Assembly: GCA_964578845.1 (NCBI GenBank)
Contig: CAZOEF010000001.1
Span: forward strand, 276,820 to 340,819
DNA from: Candidatus Woesearchaeota archaeon
GTDB lineage: Archaea > Nanobdellota > Nanobdellia > Pacearchaeales > GW2011-AR1
DNA length: 64,000 nt
Direction of reading: 5' to 3'
The position numbers and the translations under genes were made by a program. This document shows, piece after piece, positions 43,964-53,713 of the stretch. Position 1 is the stretch's first letter; every line of letters begins with the position of its first letter. The notes beneath the pieces are model-generated. The model was not told the DNA's origin, searched no databases, and saw only the letters and a program-made list of their open reading frames with translations.

Positions 43964-44366
43964 TGGGTTATATGAGTTATTTTAATTAATATATTTATGA
44001 AGGATATTTAGTATTTATATGTTTTTCTATTATATATATGGTCAAATATAACATATATGTGAAATTGGAGCATTTTTTGAAGATAATAATTTCATTATTA
44101 ATGCAATAGTGATACCATAAGCTTTATAAATAAACATTATCCTAATGAAGAGAATTTAATCGCTCATCCGGGCGAAAACGAAACGTTTTTAAAGTGATTT
44201 TGGATTAGTTAATTACTCCGTTGTGGAGTACTGTAAAAAATGGTATCCCAAAATAATGAAAGGAAGTTATTGAAAGGTACTATTGACGAGTTGTTAAAAC
44301 AACTTCCTCTAAGAGGGGCCTTGCGGGGCCGAACACAGTACAAAGCTGAAAGGAGGTTAATAATAA

Positions 44367-46709
44367 ATGAGATTTAATTTTAGAAAGATTGCATCTGCTT
44401 TAGCATCAACTGCAATGGTTGGCGCTACTATAGGTCTTGCTGCTGCAGCTAGTTTCCCAGCACCATTCGTAGATAACGGAAGTGCTGATGTTGCTATCGT
44501 TTACGGTAGTAACCTGGATTTATCTGCTGTAGGAGAAATATCAAGCTCCTTAAGCTCTGCTTTGGCTAGCCAAGGCGGAAGCTCAACCACTGTAACTGGT
44601 GACTTTGTTCCTGTTGAAAAATCTAATGATAAATTCACATTAGGTGATAATGCGGGCCAATTTAATGCCAATTATGATGGCGATGATCTTGAGATCCTAG
44701 CAGACGGAGTCTATGAGAACGATGATAATGATGATTTCGATTACACCCAGGAAGTAACTCTTGGTTCATCACTTGTCTTGGATCATATCCAGGATAATGA
44801 CTTCAACAATGAAGAACCTTTCATAGGATTTGCTGTTGAAGACGGAGATGAGATCATGAACTATACTGTTGAGTTTTCACCTGACGCTGAAGGTGGAGAT
44901 GACTGGGAACTTTTCGAGTCAACATCCCTAGAGATTATGGGCAAGGAGTATTACATACTCTCTGCAACTAATGCTAGTGGAGGTACATTGGAACTTTTAG
45001 ATTCTGCTAACACTGTAGTCCTTAATGAAGGTGAGACTGTAACTGTTCAGGCTGGAAGTAACAGCTATGACGTTTCTATCAGCTTCATCGACGCAGAAGT
45101 CAAATTAGTAGTAAATGGAGAAGTAACTCCTGCTCTTGAAGAAGACGATACTTACAAACTTGACAGTGGGGATTACATTGGAATCAAGGAAATCTTGTCC
45201 CAAGATTATCAGGGAGGTATAAAGCAAGTAGAATTCAGTATTGGTTCAGGTAAAATCGAACTTACTGATGGCCAAGAAGTAGAAGTAAATGGTGAGAAGA
45301 TCAGTGATGATACTGATCATGTTCTTACTGCTTACTTTGGTACGTCTGGAAGTAATCTACAGGACTTAACTATCCAATGGACAGCTGATGAAGATATGTG
45401 GCTAGGATTTGATACTGATACAACAGAATTAGTCATGCCATTATTTGAATCAGTTAAGCTAAGCCTTGGAGAATTCGCTCCTGATGCAGCTGAAGAAGTA
45501 ACTAATGTTGCTCCTGATGGGGATGATAAATTCAGTTTAGATGTACCTGTTAGCGACGGAGATGTTAATTTTAACTTCTTATTTGCCAATAGTTCAGGAA
45601 CTGGATTTGAAGGCATAGGCGCAGATACTGATGAATTGTTATTGACAGGCGACGGCACTGCCGACCCTACTTTAACTTGGAATGAGAATTCATCATATTT
45701 TGTAGCAACATGGATATCTGGAGACGATCACGAATCCTATGTCCTAGAAGTTACAGATATTGCTGATGAGGATGATAACAATGAGACTACTATAAGAAGC
45801 ATTGCTTCTGGTGGTGAAGAGATTACAATTGAAAGCGGAGAGACTGAGGTTTTTGGAGACCATATTTCATTAACAGTGACAGCTGATAGCGATGCTCAGA
45901 CTGCAACTATTGTATTAGGCGATAGTCAAAGCGACACTTATGCAGATAAAATAGTGACTGATGAAGGTCTACAGATCCAATTGCCTTACGATAGCCTTAC
46001 TTCTACTGGAAGTGGAGCTATGAACTTCACTGCAGGAGATGTAGCTGCTCCATTTGTGATGAATTTCACAGAGGAAAATGAAGATGGAGACGTGGCTAGG
46101 GGCTCTTCATTCACTGCAAACCTTGGATTGCCAAGTCAAGAGACAAGTGTTCAATCTGTTTCACCTGATACCTTTGAAACATCAGATAATTCTGATGATT
46201 TTGAAGGATATGTTGATTCTGAACTTGCAACTAAAGTCTTGTTAAAGACTGGCGGAGACCAGGATGAGTTAGAAATAACTTATCACGGTGACGAAGCTTA
46301 CGCTGAAGTATTCCTTGCGGAATCCGGCGCTGCTACAGACAGCTCATCAAACCTAGGTAACGTTAATGTTATGGCTGATGAACTTGCTGATTCAGGAATG
46401 CAATCTAAGAATCTGATCATCGTTGGTGGAAGTTGCGTAAACTCTGCTGCAGCCTCAGTGTTAGGACTAACAAGTCCTTCATGTGGTTCTGCATGGGAGA
46501 GCGCTACTGGCGCTGGTGAAGGTGAATGGATTATCCAATCCTTTGCTAACCCATGGTCAAGCTCTAAGGTAGCTACACTTGTTGCTGGTTACTCCCAGAG
46601 TGATACTGTTAATGCAGCTACTGCATTGACAACTCAGGAGATCGACACAACAGCAGGCATGAAGTATACAGGTACAACTGGTACTAGTGCTACACCTGTA
46701 GTCAACTAA
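44367..46709 (+). CDS. S-layer protein (Methanococcales-type S_layer_N/S_layer_C-like termini), acidic, 780 aa
   Basis: Strong RBS aaaGGAGGt. Signal peptide ending GLAAAASF. N-terminal VAIVYGSNLDLSAVGEISSSL and C-terminal NLIIVGGSCVNSAAASVL resemble euryarchaeal S-layer termini. Confidence 0.7.
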   Translation: MRFNFRKIASALASTAMVGATIGLAAAASFPAPFVDNGSADVAIVYGSNLDLSAVGEISSSLSSALASQGGSSTTVTGDFVPVEKSNDKFTLGDNAGQFNANYDGDDLEILADGVYENDDNDDFDYTQEVTLGSSLVLDHIQDNDFNNEEPFIGFAVEDGDEIMNYTVEFSPDAEGGDDWELFESTSLEIMGKEYYILSATNASGGTLELLDSANTVVLNEGETVTVQAGSNSYDVSISFIDAEVKLVVNGEVTPALEEDDTYKLDSGDYIGIKEILSQDYQGGIKQVEFSIGSGKIELTDGQEVEVNGEKISDDTDHVLTAYFGTSGSNLQDLTIQWTADEDMWLGFDTDTTELVMPLFESVKLSLGEFAPDAAEEVTNVAPDGDDKFSLDVPVSDGDVNFNFLFANSSGTGFEGIGADTDELLLTGDGTADPTLTWNENSSYFVATWISGDDHESYVLEVTDIADEDDNNETTIRSIASGGEEITIESGETEVFGDHISLTVTADSDAQTATIVLGDSQSDTYADKIVTDEGLQIQLPYDSLTSTGSGAMNFTAGDVAAPFVMNFTEENEDGDVARGSSFTANLGLPSQETSVQSVSPDTFETSDNSDDFEGYVDSELATKVLLKTGGDQDELEITYHGDEAYAEVFLAESGAATDSSSNLGNVNVMADELADSGMQSKNLIIVGGSCVNSAAASVLGLTSPSCGSAWESATGAGEGEWIIQSFANPWSSSKVATLVAGYSQSDTVNAATALTTQEIDTTAGMKYTGTTGTSATPVVN

Positions 46710-46718
46710 ATTTGCTTA

Positions 46719-46750
46719 GTTTTATTTTTCTTTTTTCATTTCTTTTTTTA
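46719..46750 (+). terminator. oligo-T terminator region after the S-layer gene
   Basis: gttttatttttcttttttcatttcttttttta contains several T5-T7 runs within 45 nt of the stop codon. Confidence 0.5.
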
Positions 46751-46811
46751 TTCACTTAAGGTCGGAAGACCCGAACTTAACATTTTTATACTCAAAAAGA
46801 GAGGATAATGT

Positions 46812-47363
46812 ATGAGAAGCATAACCTCAAGGGAGCAGATAGAAAAAAAACAAAAAAGGAATAAAGCAATCCTTGGAATAATAATAATATTCTTAATGGT
46901 GTTTAGTACTGCAGGATTTGCCATTTATCAGACAAGCGGAACAACCAGTACGCCCGACTCTACAGAACCTGATGACGGCCTTAATTTTAATGGGCAATAT
47001 TGGGTATATAATGTGAGCGGACAACCATTTTATTTCACTAATCTTCAGTCGCTCACAGAAGACATTCCAGTCGCTACAACTATTTCCCTGCAGGAATACT
47101 CAGGACAGGCATTATATATAGATTCAGAAGACCAGCTAGTCCTGAATGAAATAGGGGTTAATCTTGGAAGGTTCTCCAGCAGAATCCAGGAAGCATGTTA
47201 TGAGGAATGCGATAAAGATTTGCCCCGTAAACAATGTGATCAAAACCTGATCGTATATAGAGAATCTGAAGAAAATAAGGTTTATCAGGATCAAAAATGT
47301 GTATTTATCGAGGGAGATATCAAGGCCCTGGACGCATTTCTTTATCATTTGCTAGGCCTATAA
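46812..47363 (+). CDS. hypothetical N-terminally anchored exported protein
   Basis: Basic N-terminus plus TM helix ILGIIIIFLMVFSTAGFAIY. No family recognised. Confidence 0.55.
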   Translation: MRSITSREQIEKKQKRNKAILGIIIIFLMVFSTAGFAIYQTSGTTSTPDSTEPDDGLNFNGQYWVYNVSGQPFYFTNLQSLTEDIPVATTISLQEYSGQALYIDSEDQLVLNEIGVNLGRFSSRIQEACYEECDKDLPRKQCDQNLIVYRESEENKVYQDQKCVFIEGDIKALDAFLYHLLGL

Positions 47364-47407
47364 GATTGGACAGAAATCTTTAAAACACTATAAGATAAGT
47401 AAATTAA

Positions 47408-48061
47408 ATGGCTAAGAAGAAAATCTCTAAGGAAAGAAAGCTTGAGAAGGAATTACTGTTTATTCTCGGGTTTTTTGCAGCGCTTGTGCTGATATTCATA
47501 ACAGCTATGTTCATCTTTAGAAACCTCAATACTTTTGAATACGAAGGATTGACATTTACCAAGAAGAAGATATCAGGCATAGACTTCTATCATTACTACT
47601 ACTATTATCTTGGAGAGCAGGACAACCTTGTGAGATATAATCTTTATCTAAGAACCGACCCGAGGGAGAATCTTGTTCCTATCTATGGAGATATAGAATT
47701 CGAGGACAGCCAGACCAATTATTTAGCAATTGATGTATCTAACCTTAGGGAATGCCGCCAGAGTGTCCTGGCTGTAAGCGCTTTAAGCAGTTTCCTGATT
47801 GACAATAATATCCAGATAGAAGAGACTGGTGATACTGACTTCTGGAGCGCAGGGCATGACAATAATGAATGGATTACCTGCCAGAATAAGCCTAATGATA
47901 AGGTAGTGGAAGTAATATCAGGAAATGAGACCAGGATAGACTTAGATGGAAATTGTTACAGGATAACTGTTAGTGAATGCAATATACTGGAAGCAGTTGA
48001 AAAATTCCAGGTTCAAACAATCCTTGACGCCAAAGAAGCAAGAGGCGGAACAATAAACTAA
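47408..48061 (+). CDS. hypothetical N-terminally anchored exported protein
   Basis: Basic N-terminus plus TM helix LLFILGFFAALVLIFITAMFIF. No family recognised. Confidence 0.55.
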   Translation: MAKKKISKERKLEKELLFILGFFAALVLIFITAMFIFRNLNTFEYEGLTFTKKKISGIDFYHYYYYYLGEQDNLVRYNLYLRTDPRENLVPIYGDIEFEDSQTNYLAIDVSNLRECRQSVLAVSALSSFLIDNNIQIEETGDTDFWSAGHDNNEWITCQNKPNDKVVEVISGNETRIDLDGNCYRITVSECNILEAVEKFQVQTILDAKEARGGTIN

Positions 48062-48684
48062 TCAGATTTTCTTTTAAGAATAAGCACATAAGCTGCGACT
48101 AAGATTATCACCATGGCTAAAGTGATTATCGTTATGATGGAAAGATTATCAGTAATTAATTGTGTATTTCCGCCGTAAATATATCCTAAATAGACAAGGA
48201 TAAATGACCAAATCCCTGCCCCTAAAGAAGTGAACAGGATAAACCTTGGCAGATTCATTCTGGCAAAGCCGGCTGGAAGGGATATCCATTGCCTTATTCC
48301 AGGGATCAGCCTGCCGACAAAAGTAGTCATCTCGCCGTGCTTATCAAAGAAATCATCTGCTTTCTTAAGATGCTTTTTCTTGATAAAGATAATTTTTCCA
48401 TATTTTTCTATCAGGGTTTCTATCAGAGTTCTACCAAGGAACAAAGCAAGCACATAATTTATCAAGGCTCCTGTAATGCTGCCTAATATTCCTAGAATCA
48501 AGACTAGCAGAAAGGACATTTCGCCTCTTGCAACAAGAACTCCTGCAGGAGGAAGTATTAATTCACTTGGGAATGGGAAGAATGAGCTTTCTATGGTCAT
48601 TCCCAAATAGACCCCTAGATAGCCTAGTGAGCCCATTATCTTGACCAAATATTCTATTAGATCAGTTATTATCAATATGTCCAT
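48058..48684 (-). CDS. DedA/SNARE-associated family membrane protein
   Basis: YLGVYLGMTIESSFFPFPSELILPPAG and GRLIPGIRQWISLPAG are DedA hallmarks. Confidence 0.8.
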   Translation of the reverse strand: MDILIITDLIEYLVKIMGSLGYLGVYLGMTIESSFFPFPSELILPPAGVLVARGEMSFLLVLILGILGSITGALINYVLALFLGRTLIETLIEKYGKIIFIKKKHLKKADDFFDKHGEMTTFVGRLIPGIRQWISLPAGFARMNLPRFILFTSLGAGIWSFILVYLGYIYGGNTQLITDNLSIITIITLAMVIILVAAYVLILKRKSD

Positions 48685-49207
48685 CGGATTTTATATCAGA
48701 ATATATTCTTCTTATATCAGTAAAAACAGGGACATCATTAATATCAAAGATACGGACATTAACAAACCATATTATCACAACAAAGACTGTGCTCCCTAAG
48801 TACCAGACTGCAGCGTGCGTGAGGTCAAAATATTGGAAGCCTATTGTTATTAAACTTGCGAAAATAAATATCCTGATTATGTTTATCAATAGGAAAGAGC
48901 TGAACAGGAAAAGAAGGCTGTACAACCTTTTCCTGTTCGATAAAGGTGTAGACAGATTCAATATAGTTAACAGATAATATGCTGCCCCTCCTACACAAGC
49001 AGGAATAATGCTGGCGAGATATCCTTTACTGAAAGAGATCACATTTCCATCTAGAATCCTTGCTCCGTAAAATAACTTTATCAGCCAAAAACTAGGATAA
49101 ACTGTAAGGGGCGTGAATATTAGATAAAATAAGTAAAGATTGAACAGCCCGAGGATTATTAGAATAAGATACCTTATTGATATATTTATTACCTCTTTCT
49201 TATCCAT
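48662..49207 (-). CDS. minimal exosortase/archaeosortase-family membrane protein (181 aa)
   Basis: Polytopic. Candidate catalytic Cys in IIPACVGGAAY (cf. CSG), Arg in LINIIRIF (N-x2-R) and His in DLTHAAVWYLG, in the order expected for exo-/archaeosortases. Confidence 0.6.
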   Translation of the reverse strand: MDKKEVINISIRYLILIILGLFNLYLFYLIFTPLTVYPSFWLIKLFYGARILDGNVISFSKGYLASIIPACVGGAAYYLLTILNLSTPLSNRKRLYSLLFLFSSFLLINIIRIFIFASLITIGFQYFDLTHAAVWYLGSTVFVVIIWFVNVRIFDINDVPVFTDIRRIYSDIKSDGHIDNN

Positions 49208-49237
49208 TTGATTAAAAGAAAATAATAACTTAAAAAC

Positions 49238-50860
49238 TTATCTTCTTGAAAGCCTTACTGCGACTACTATGATCAGGATTATCAAGATGATATTGACTAT
49301 TGCGATTACCCATATTAAGGCGCTTCCATCAAGATCAAATCTTAGGCCTGATTGTCCTTCTTCGAATTCTACAGCTACTTGCTGAGTCACTAGATTGCCA
49401 TTTGAATTAGCTTCGATTGTGAAGGATTGCTCGCCTTCAGTATCATCGTTTACTGCTAGAGTGAATGTTGCTGATCTTGTTTCTCCGGCACCAAGATTCA
49501 ATACCTGTGGTGAAATTGATACTAACCTGCTCCATGAATTGAAGTCTCTTGCATCAAGCAGCACTGTCATAGCTTGCGTTCCTGTATTGGTGAAAGTCGC
49601 CTCAACTACTAGATCTTCTCCAGAGGTAGCTTCAGAAGTAAGTGAAGCATCAACTTCCAGGGGCAAACCATTTCCAGGTGTTGGATTAACTGGAGATCCA
49701 CAGTTTATGACGTTAAGGAAGCCCACAAAAGTATCCTCTGATCTTTCCTTATACACTCCATCATCATAATCATAGTATGATCTAAATTCGATATTGTAGT
49801 TGCCTTCACTTATTCCTTCAGGCACCCTGAAAGTGAATGAAAAGTCTTCTTCATCCCCTTCATCGAGATTGGTTGTCTCGAACTCTTCATCTAAATCTAA
49901 ATCTTCGTTGATCATTGTGATTTTTACTCTGTCCTGATCATCTTCACCTATATTAAAGACAGTGAAGTCTCCTGATACTGTCTCGCCACATATTGCCTGA
50001 TCGTCAATTGCAATATCGTCAACAATGACAAATCTTTCTTCTTCGCCCTCTTGATCAACTTTTGTTGAGAAATCCTCTTCAGCACAAAGAATATTCTCAT
50101 CTCCATCGGAGTAAGCTTTCGCTATAAGAGTATAACTTTCTGTATTAAAATCAGGCGGAACTCTGAAGGTAAAGGTAGCTGTTTCTTCATCGCCGTCCCT
50201 TATGTCTCCTAGATCCTGCTCCTCATCGTCATCGCTTATGAAATCAAGCTCATCAGCAATATTGTTTCCATCTGAATCGAATAAGCCTAGTTCAACTATT
50301 ATGTCATCTATGTCCTCATCGTGGTTTCTATTTTTTACTTCTACTTCTACTTCTACAACATCACCTAAAACCCACAAGTCATCATCACTATCTTCTGAGT
50401 CTCCCATGTTATTAACATCTAGCTTAATAGAAACATTAGCCAAGCCCTGCTCGCCTGCCTCACAAAAGCCTTTATCAAATTCCAAGCTTAATGTATCGCT
50501 TACAGCATTTCCGCCTGCTGAAGGAATAGCGTTGATATCTAAAGTTGCGCTGTCTGAGTTGAAATTATCTAAATTTCCGTTTAACTCTACATTGATCCTG
50601 ACTGAACTGCCATTTTGTATGTTAGTTAATGAATCTGTAGTATCGAATGAATAAGTAACGCCTGATCCCCTTGAAATATCATTAAATGAAGAAGTTATGT
50701 TCATTGGTTCGTTGCCTGTATTTTCTATATCAAAGAATGCAGTAGTATCTGAAGCTGTGAAAGTCAAAGTTGAAGGATTAATATTGATATCTACGGCTGC
50801 AAGTGCTAAACTAGAAAATAATATTGTAAAAAATACCAATGATAACAATTTGGTTTTCAT
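49238..50860 (-). CDS. acidic secreted CARDB/COG1361-like multi-domain protein with C-terminal TM + basic tail (candidate archaeosortase substrate)
   Basis: Signal peptide MKTKLLSLVFFTILFSSLALAAV. Repeated F..N.G patterns. The C-terminus is ...GSALIWVIAIVNIILIILIIVVAVRLSRR. Confidence 0.7.
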   Translation of the reverse strand: MKTKLLSLVFFTILFSSLALAAVDININPSTLTFTASDTTAFFDIENTGNEPMNITSSFNDISRGSGVTYSFDTTDSLTNIQNGSSVRINVELNGNLDNFNSDSATLDINAIPSAGGNAVSDTLSLEFDKGFCEAGEQGLANVSIKLDVNNMGDSEDSDDDLWVLGDVVEVEVEVKNRNHDEDIDDIIVELGLFDSDGNNIADELDFISDDDEEQDLGDIRDGDEETATFTFRVPPDFNTESYTLIAKAYSDGDENILCAEEDFSTKVDQEGEEERFVIVDDIAIDDQAICGETVSGDFTVFNIGEDDQDRVKITMINEDLDLDEEFETTNLDEGDEEDFSFTFRVPEGISEGNYNIEFRSYYDYDDGVYKERSEDTFVGFLNVINCGSPVNPTPGNGLPLEVDASLTSEATSGEDLVVEATFTNTGTQAMTVLLDARDFNSWSRLVSISPQVLNLGAGETRSATFTLAVNDDTEGEQSFTIEANSNGNLVTQQVAVEFEEGQSGLRFDLDGSALIWVIAIVNIILIILIIVVAVRLSRR

Positions 50861-50962
50861 ATTCTGTTGTAACTTGCTAATTACAGCCTTTTATAAAGTT
50901 TTCGCTTCTTGAGAATATATGTGGGAACAAACTTATTTAAATTATGATTTATAGATAGAGTA

Positions 50963-51343
50963 ATGGTGATACAGGCTAAGGAGAATCTGCTGGGTGCCAG
51001 GGCGTTCCTGTTTGGTGTTGTAATGGCTCTCCTTGTAGGAGTCCTTAGCTCAAGCCTGGGAGACTTAAATGAGATTATTCTGGTGGTTCTGGTAATTATA
51101 GGATTTGTAGTAGGATTTAGTTTTATGAATATATCTAATAAAGAGGTCAACTCATTCCTTGTTGCATCAGTATCCTTAGTAATAGTGAGTTTTGCAGGTG
51201 CACAGGGGATACAGGACATTAGTTTTTTGAGAATAGACATTGGCCAGATAATCTCTTCAACACTGAAGGCGTTACTAGTCATGTTAGTGCCTGCAACGAT
51301 TATTGTATCAATAAAGAGCATGTTTAGTGCAGCGCAGAAATAA
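50963..51343 (+). CDS. hypothetical polytopic membrane protein
   Basis: Four hydrophobic helices. Preferred over the antisense ORF 50881-51321, whose composition looks like a shadow frame. Confidence 0.5.
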   Translation: MVIQAKENLLGARAFLFGVVMALLVGVLSSSLGDLNEIILVVLVIIGFVVGFSFMNISNKEVNSFLVASVSLVIVSFAGAQGIQDISFLRIDIGQIISSTLKALLVMLVPATIIVSIKSMFSAAQK

Positions 51344-51754
51344 TCACGCTTTAGATGAACTAATCAATGAGGAAGAGGATTGTATTTTTTCTCCAAGGCC
51401 GTGAACTATCTTTATGCCTAGTTTTTTGCAGGTTTCTGCTTCAGGGATCTCATAGGAAAACCTGTCCCCTCCTTTTGCAAAAATATCCGGCCTTAATGAT
51501 TCTAAAGACTTACAAACGCTTTTGTCTTTATCTATACTGATAAATACATCATCTACATACCTGATTGCCTTAAGGATTGCCTGCCTTTCCTCCAGAGGCA
51601 TAAAAGACTTGCCTTTCTTTAACTCTGCCTGAAAGTCATTGTTTAGAATAACTATCAACTTATCCCCTAACTTTTTTGATAACTTAAGATATTCAATATG
51701 GCCTATATGAATAGGATCAAAATATCCGCTTACTGCAACTATGGTTTCCTTCAT
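51344..51754 (-). CDS. cytidylyltransferase-like nucleotidyltransferase (HxGH family)
   Basis: VAVSGYFDPIHIGHIEYL (G-x-F-D-x2-H-x-G-H). 136 aa. Confidence 0.75.
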   Translation of the reverse strand: MKETIVAVSGYFDPIHIGHIEYLKLSKKLGDKLIVILNNDFQAELKKGKSFMPLEERQAILKAIRYVDDVFISIDKDKSVCKSLESLRPDIFAKGGDRFSYEIPEAETCKKLGIKIVHGLGEKIQSSSSLISSSKA

Positions 51755-51776
51755 TTTTTAAAAGAATGATCTTTAA

Positions 51777-52166
51777 TTAATAAAAGCCTAGATCAGATTT
51801 CTTTTCCTGCTTTGCCTGTTGTTGAACATGATGGACTTCTGCAAATTCAGGAGTGGCCAAGATTGTATGCTCGCCGAAACCTGCGATAGATCCTTCAAGG
51901 GCATCGACAGTCTTCTTGATCTTTGATACGGCACGCTTCAACTCAATAACATCTTTAGTCTTCAAAGGCTTGATATCTATAACTGCAATAGTATAGCCTT
52001 CCCTTAAAGAATTCAGGATCTCATTGACATCATCATAAGTCCTCAATGTGAACGGCCTTACTTTTATCTTTTCCTTTCTTGCTTTAGCCTGATTCAGGTC
52101 GATCTCAACATAATCTTCTGTTGATGCGTCCTGTTTGTTAAACACCTTTTTGAAATTGAATGCCAT
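51777..52166 (-). CDS. sepF: SepF-like cell division protein (DUF552)
   Basis: The core VRPFTLRTYDDVNEILNSLREGYTIAVIDIKPL...LEGSIAGFGEHTILATP matches the SepF pattern. Confidence 0.75.
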   Translation of the reverse strand: MAFNFKKVFNKQDASTEDYVEIDLNQAKARKEKIKVRPFTLRTYDDVNEILNSLREGYTIAVIDIKPLKTKDVIELKRAVSKIKKTVDALEGSIAGFGEHTILATPEFAEVHHVQQQAKQEKKSDLGFY

Positions 52167-52221
52167 TGACTAATTTTAAGTGTTTCAGTTTATAAAGATT
52201 GTTGTGCTATCCTGTGTAAAA

Positions 52222-52560
52222 TCAGTTATTATTCTTGAAGGATTTTCTAGCCTCTTCCTGAAGCTCCTTGGCTTTTGATTCAAACAGCTTTTCCTGCTTC
52301 TCTATGGAACTCATCCTCATCTGCAGAACATCTTTCTTTTCGCTAAGCTCTTCATGGATCTTTTTCTTGTCGCCTTTGACCATTATAGATCCAACCATCT
52401 TGTAGATAGCCTCATCAGTGTTCTTGATCTCTTCTAGGGCATTCAAAGTCTCATTCAACTCTAACTGGAATGCCTGTTTTTGCATCAAAAGATTATTAAG
52501 GTTGTGCTCTAGAATCTGAAGTTCTTGGATTGTCTTTTGAGTCTCTTTATCTATATTCAT
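52222..52560 (-). CDS. pfdB: prefoldin subunit beta
   Basis: 112 aa with a coiled-coil, beta-hairpin (YKMVGSIMVK), coiled-coil layout. Downstream of rpoP as in other archaea. Confidence 0.8.
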   Translation of the reverse strand: MNIDKETQKTIQELQILEHNLNNLLMQKQAFQLELNETLNALEEIKNTDEAIYKMVGSIMVKGDKKKIHEELSEKKDVLQMRMSSIEKQEKLFESKAKELQEEARKSFKNNN

Positions 52561-52694
52561 ACTGCTTTTATTTTTACTATGTGTTTTCTTGGCTTGAAGA
52601 ATATTTTAGAATTGCATGCAGGGCATACGAATCTCTTCTCAAGCTGTTTGCTAGTTATAGCTTTTCCACATTTGAAACATTTGTATTGTGCCAT
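52557..52694 (-). CDS. rpoP: DNA-directed RNA polymerase subunit P (Rpo12)
   Basis: Below the ORF-track cutoff. My translation is MAQYKCFKCGKAITSKQLEKRFVCPACNSKIFFKPRKHIVKIKAV, a Zn-ribbon CxxC...CxxC as in RpoP. Its TGA overlaps the pfdB ATG. Confidence 0.85.
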   Translation of the reverse strand: MAQYKCFKCGKAITSKQLEKRFVCPACNSKIFFKPRKHIVKIKAV

Positions 52695-52762
52695 TCTATA
52701 ATCTCCAGCAGGCCATAGCAACCACGCCAGTTATTGAATATGATTTTTGATAGTTTTTAAGA

Positions 52763-52987
52763 TTATGCCTTTGCTAAAGCATAAGCGTTTGATGCGAATT
52801 TCTTGCCACATTTTCCGCAGTCCCATATTCCCATTGCGACCCTTTTAACGCCTGGCTTATTGCAATGAGGACAGACCTGTCTCTTTCTTTGGTGTGACTC
52901 TATTTCATTGAGCTTTTTTCTGACTCTTGTTCCGTACCCAGCTCCGAATCTGCCTGATGCCCTGATTTTTTTTGTTTTAGTTGCCAT
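52763..52987 (-). CDS. rpl37ae: 50S ribosomal protein L37Ae (eL43)
   Basis: RASGRFGAGYGTRVRKK...CPHC...WDCGKCGKKFA. Confidence 0.95.
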   Translation of the reverse strand: MATKTKKIRASGRFGAGYGTRVRKKLNEIESHQRKRQVCPHCNKPGVKRVAMGIWDCGKCGKKFASNAYALAKA

Positions 52988-53092
52988 CTTCTATTATATA
53001 ATACCGCAAATTTGGGTTTTTAAAGTTTTACTATGAATCTATAAATCTGGTTAAATTTAATTTTGACTTGCTCTTGCCTTTGGGAAGCAGAA

Positions 53093-53166
53093 TGGGGTTG
53101 CCCGGATTTGAACCGGGGCCACGAGGTCCCAAACCTCGGATCATAACCAAGCTAGACTACAACCCC
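53093..53166 (-). tRNA. tRNA-Pro (anticodon UGG)
   Basis: The reverse complement is GGGGTTGTAGTCTAGCTTGGTTATGATCCGAGGTTTGGGACCTCGTGGCCCCGGTTCAAATCCGGGCAACCCCA. The acceptor is 7 bp, the anticodon arm is CGAGG-TTTGGGA-CCTCG (UGG, G37) and the T arm is canonical (CCCGG-TTCAAAT-CCGGG). Confidence 0.9.
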
Positions 53167-53215
53167 AATAGTGAAATTGTGTGATAATGGGTATTTAAAG
53201 GTTGCAGAAAATAGA

Positions 53216-53713
53216 TTATGCTGCGTTCCGCATTAAATTATCGATATCTACTGCCTGGTCATAAGGGCCTAGCTCAAAAAACGTTTCTCCTATTGTTCTA
53301 ACTGCATGACCTGCTCGATAATCAGGGTTAGGCTTTTCTATCAAATCTTGCCCGGTTGAGGTGAATGTCTTGAACAAAGAAGCATCATTATCTAATTCAC
53401 TGATTAGAACTTTTCCTAAATAAGAGAATCCTGTTGACGCCAAAATATCTTCATCATTCGGAACCCTCAATCTTCCTCCGGTGAAATCAGATCCCCTTCT
53501 TAATACTAAATGTCTCCATCCAACACAATACGAAGGGATGAGATCGGGGATCTCTAAGATTTCTTTTACTCGAACTGTCAGGTCTTCAATCGCCCTTAAT
53601 CCAGTGAATGGCCATGCTTCTCGGCCTGTCGGAGGGTCAGTTTCACGATTTAATAAATAATGTATCCAGTAATTAGAAAATGTCCTTCGCATTAAAACCG
53701 ATAAAGGTCTCAA
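53216..53713 (-). CDS. hypothetical 165-aa protein (orphan; no family recognised)
   Basis: ORF track, possibly starting at MRRTFSNYW (53692). Its composition looks slightly more GC/Arg-rich than its neighbours by eye. Confidence 0.5.
   Translation of the reverse strand: MRPLSVLMRRTFSNYWIHYLLNRETDPPTGREAWPFTGLRAIEDLTVRVKEILEIPDLIPSYCVGWRHLVLRRGSDFTGGRLRVPNDEDILASTGFSYLGKVLISELDNDASLFKTFTSTGQDLIEKPNPDYRAGHAVRTIGETFFELGPYDQAVDIDNLMRNAA

Noticed and set aside
50881-51321. A 146-aa minus-strand ORF overlapping the plus-strand ORF 50963-51343.
   Set aside because: Only one of the two can be real. The plus frame gives four clean TM helices, while the minus frame is Thr/Arg/Ile-rich without structure. 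This choice is of moderate confidence only.
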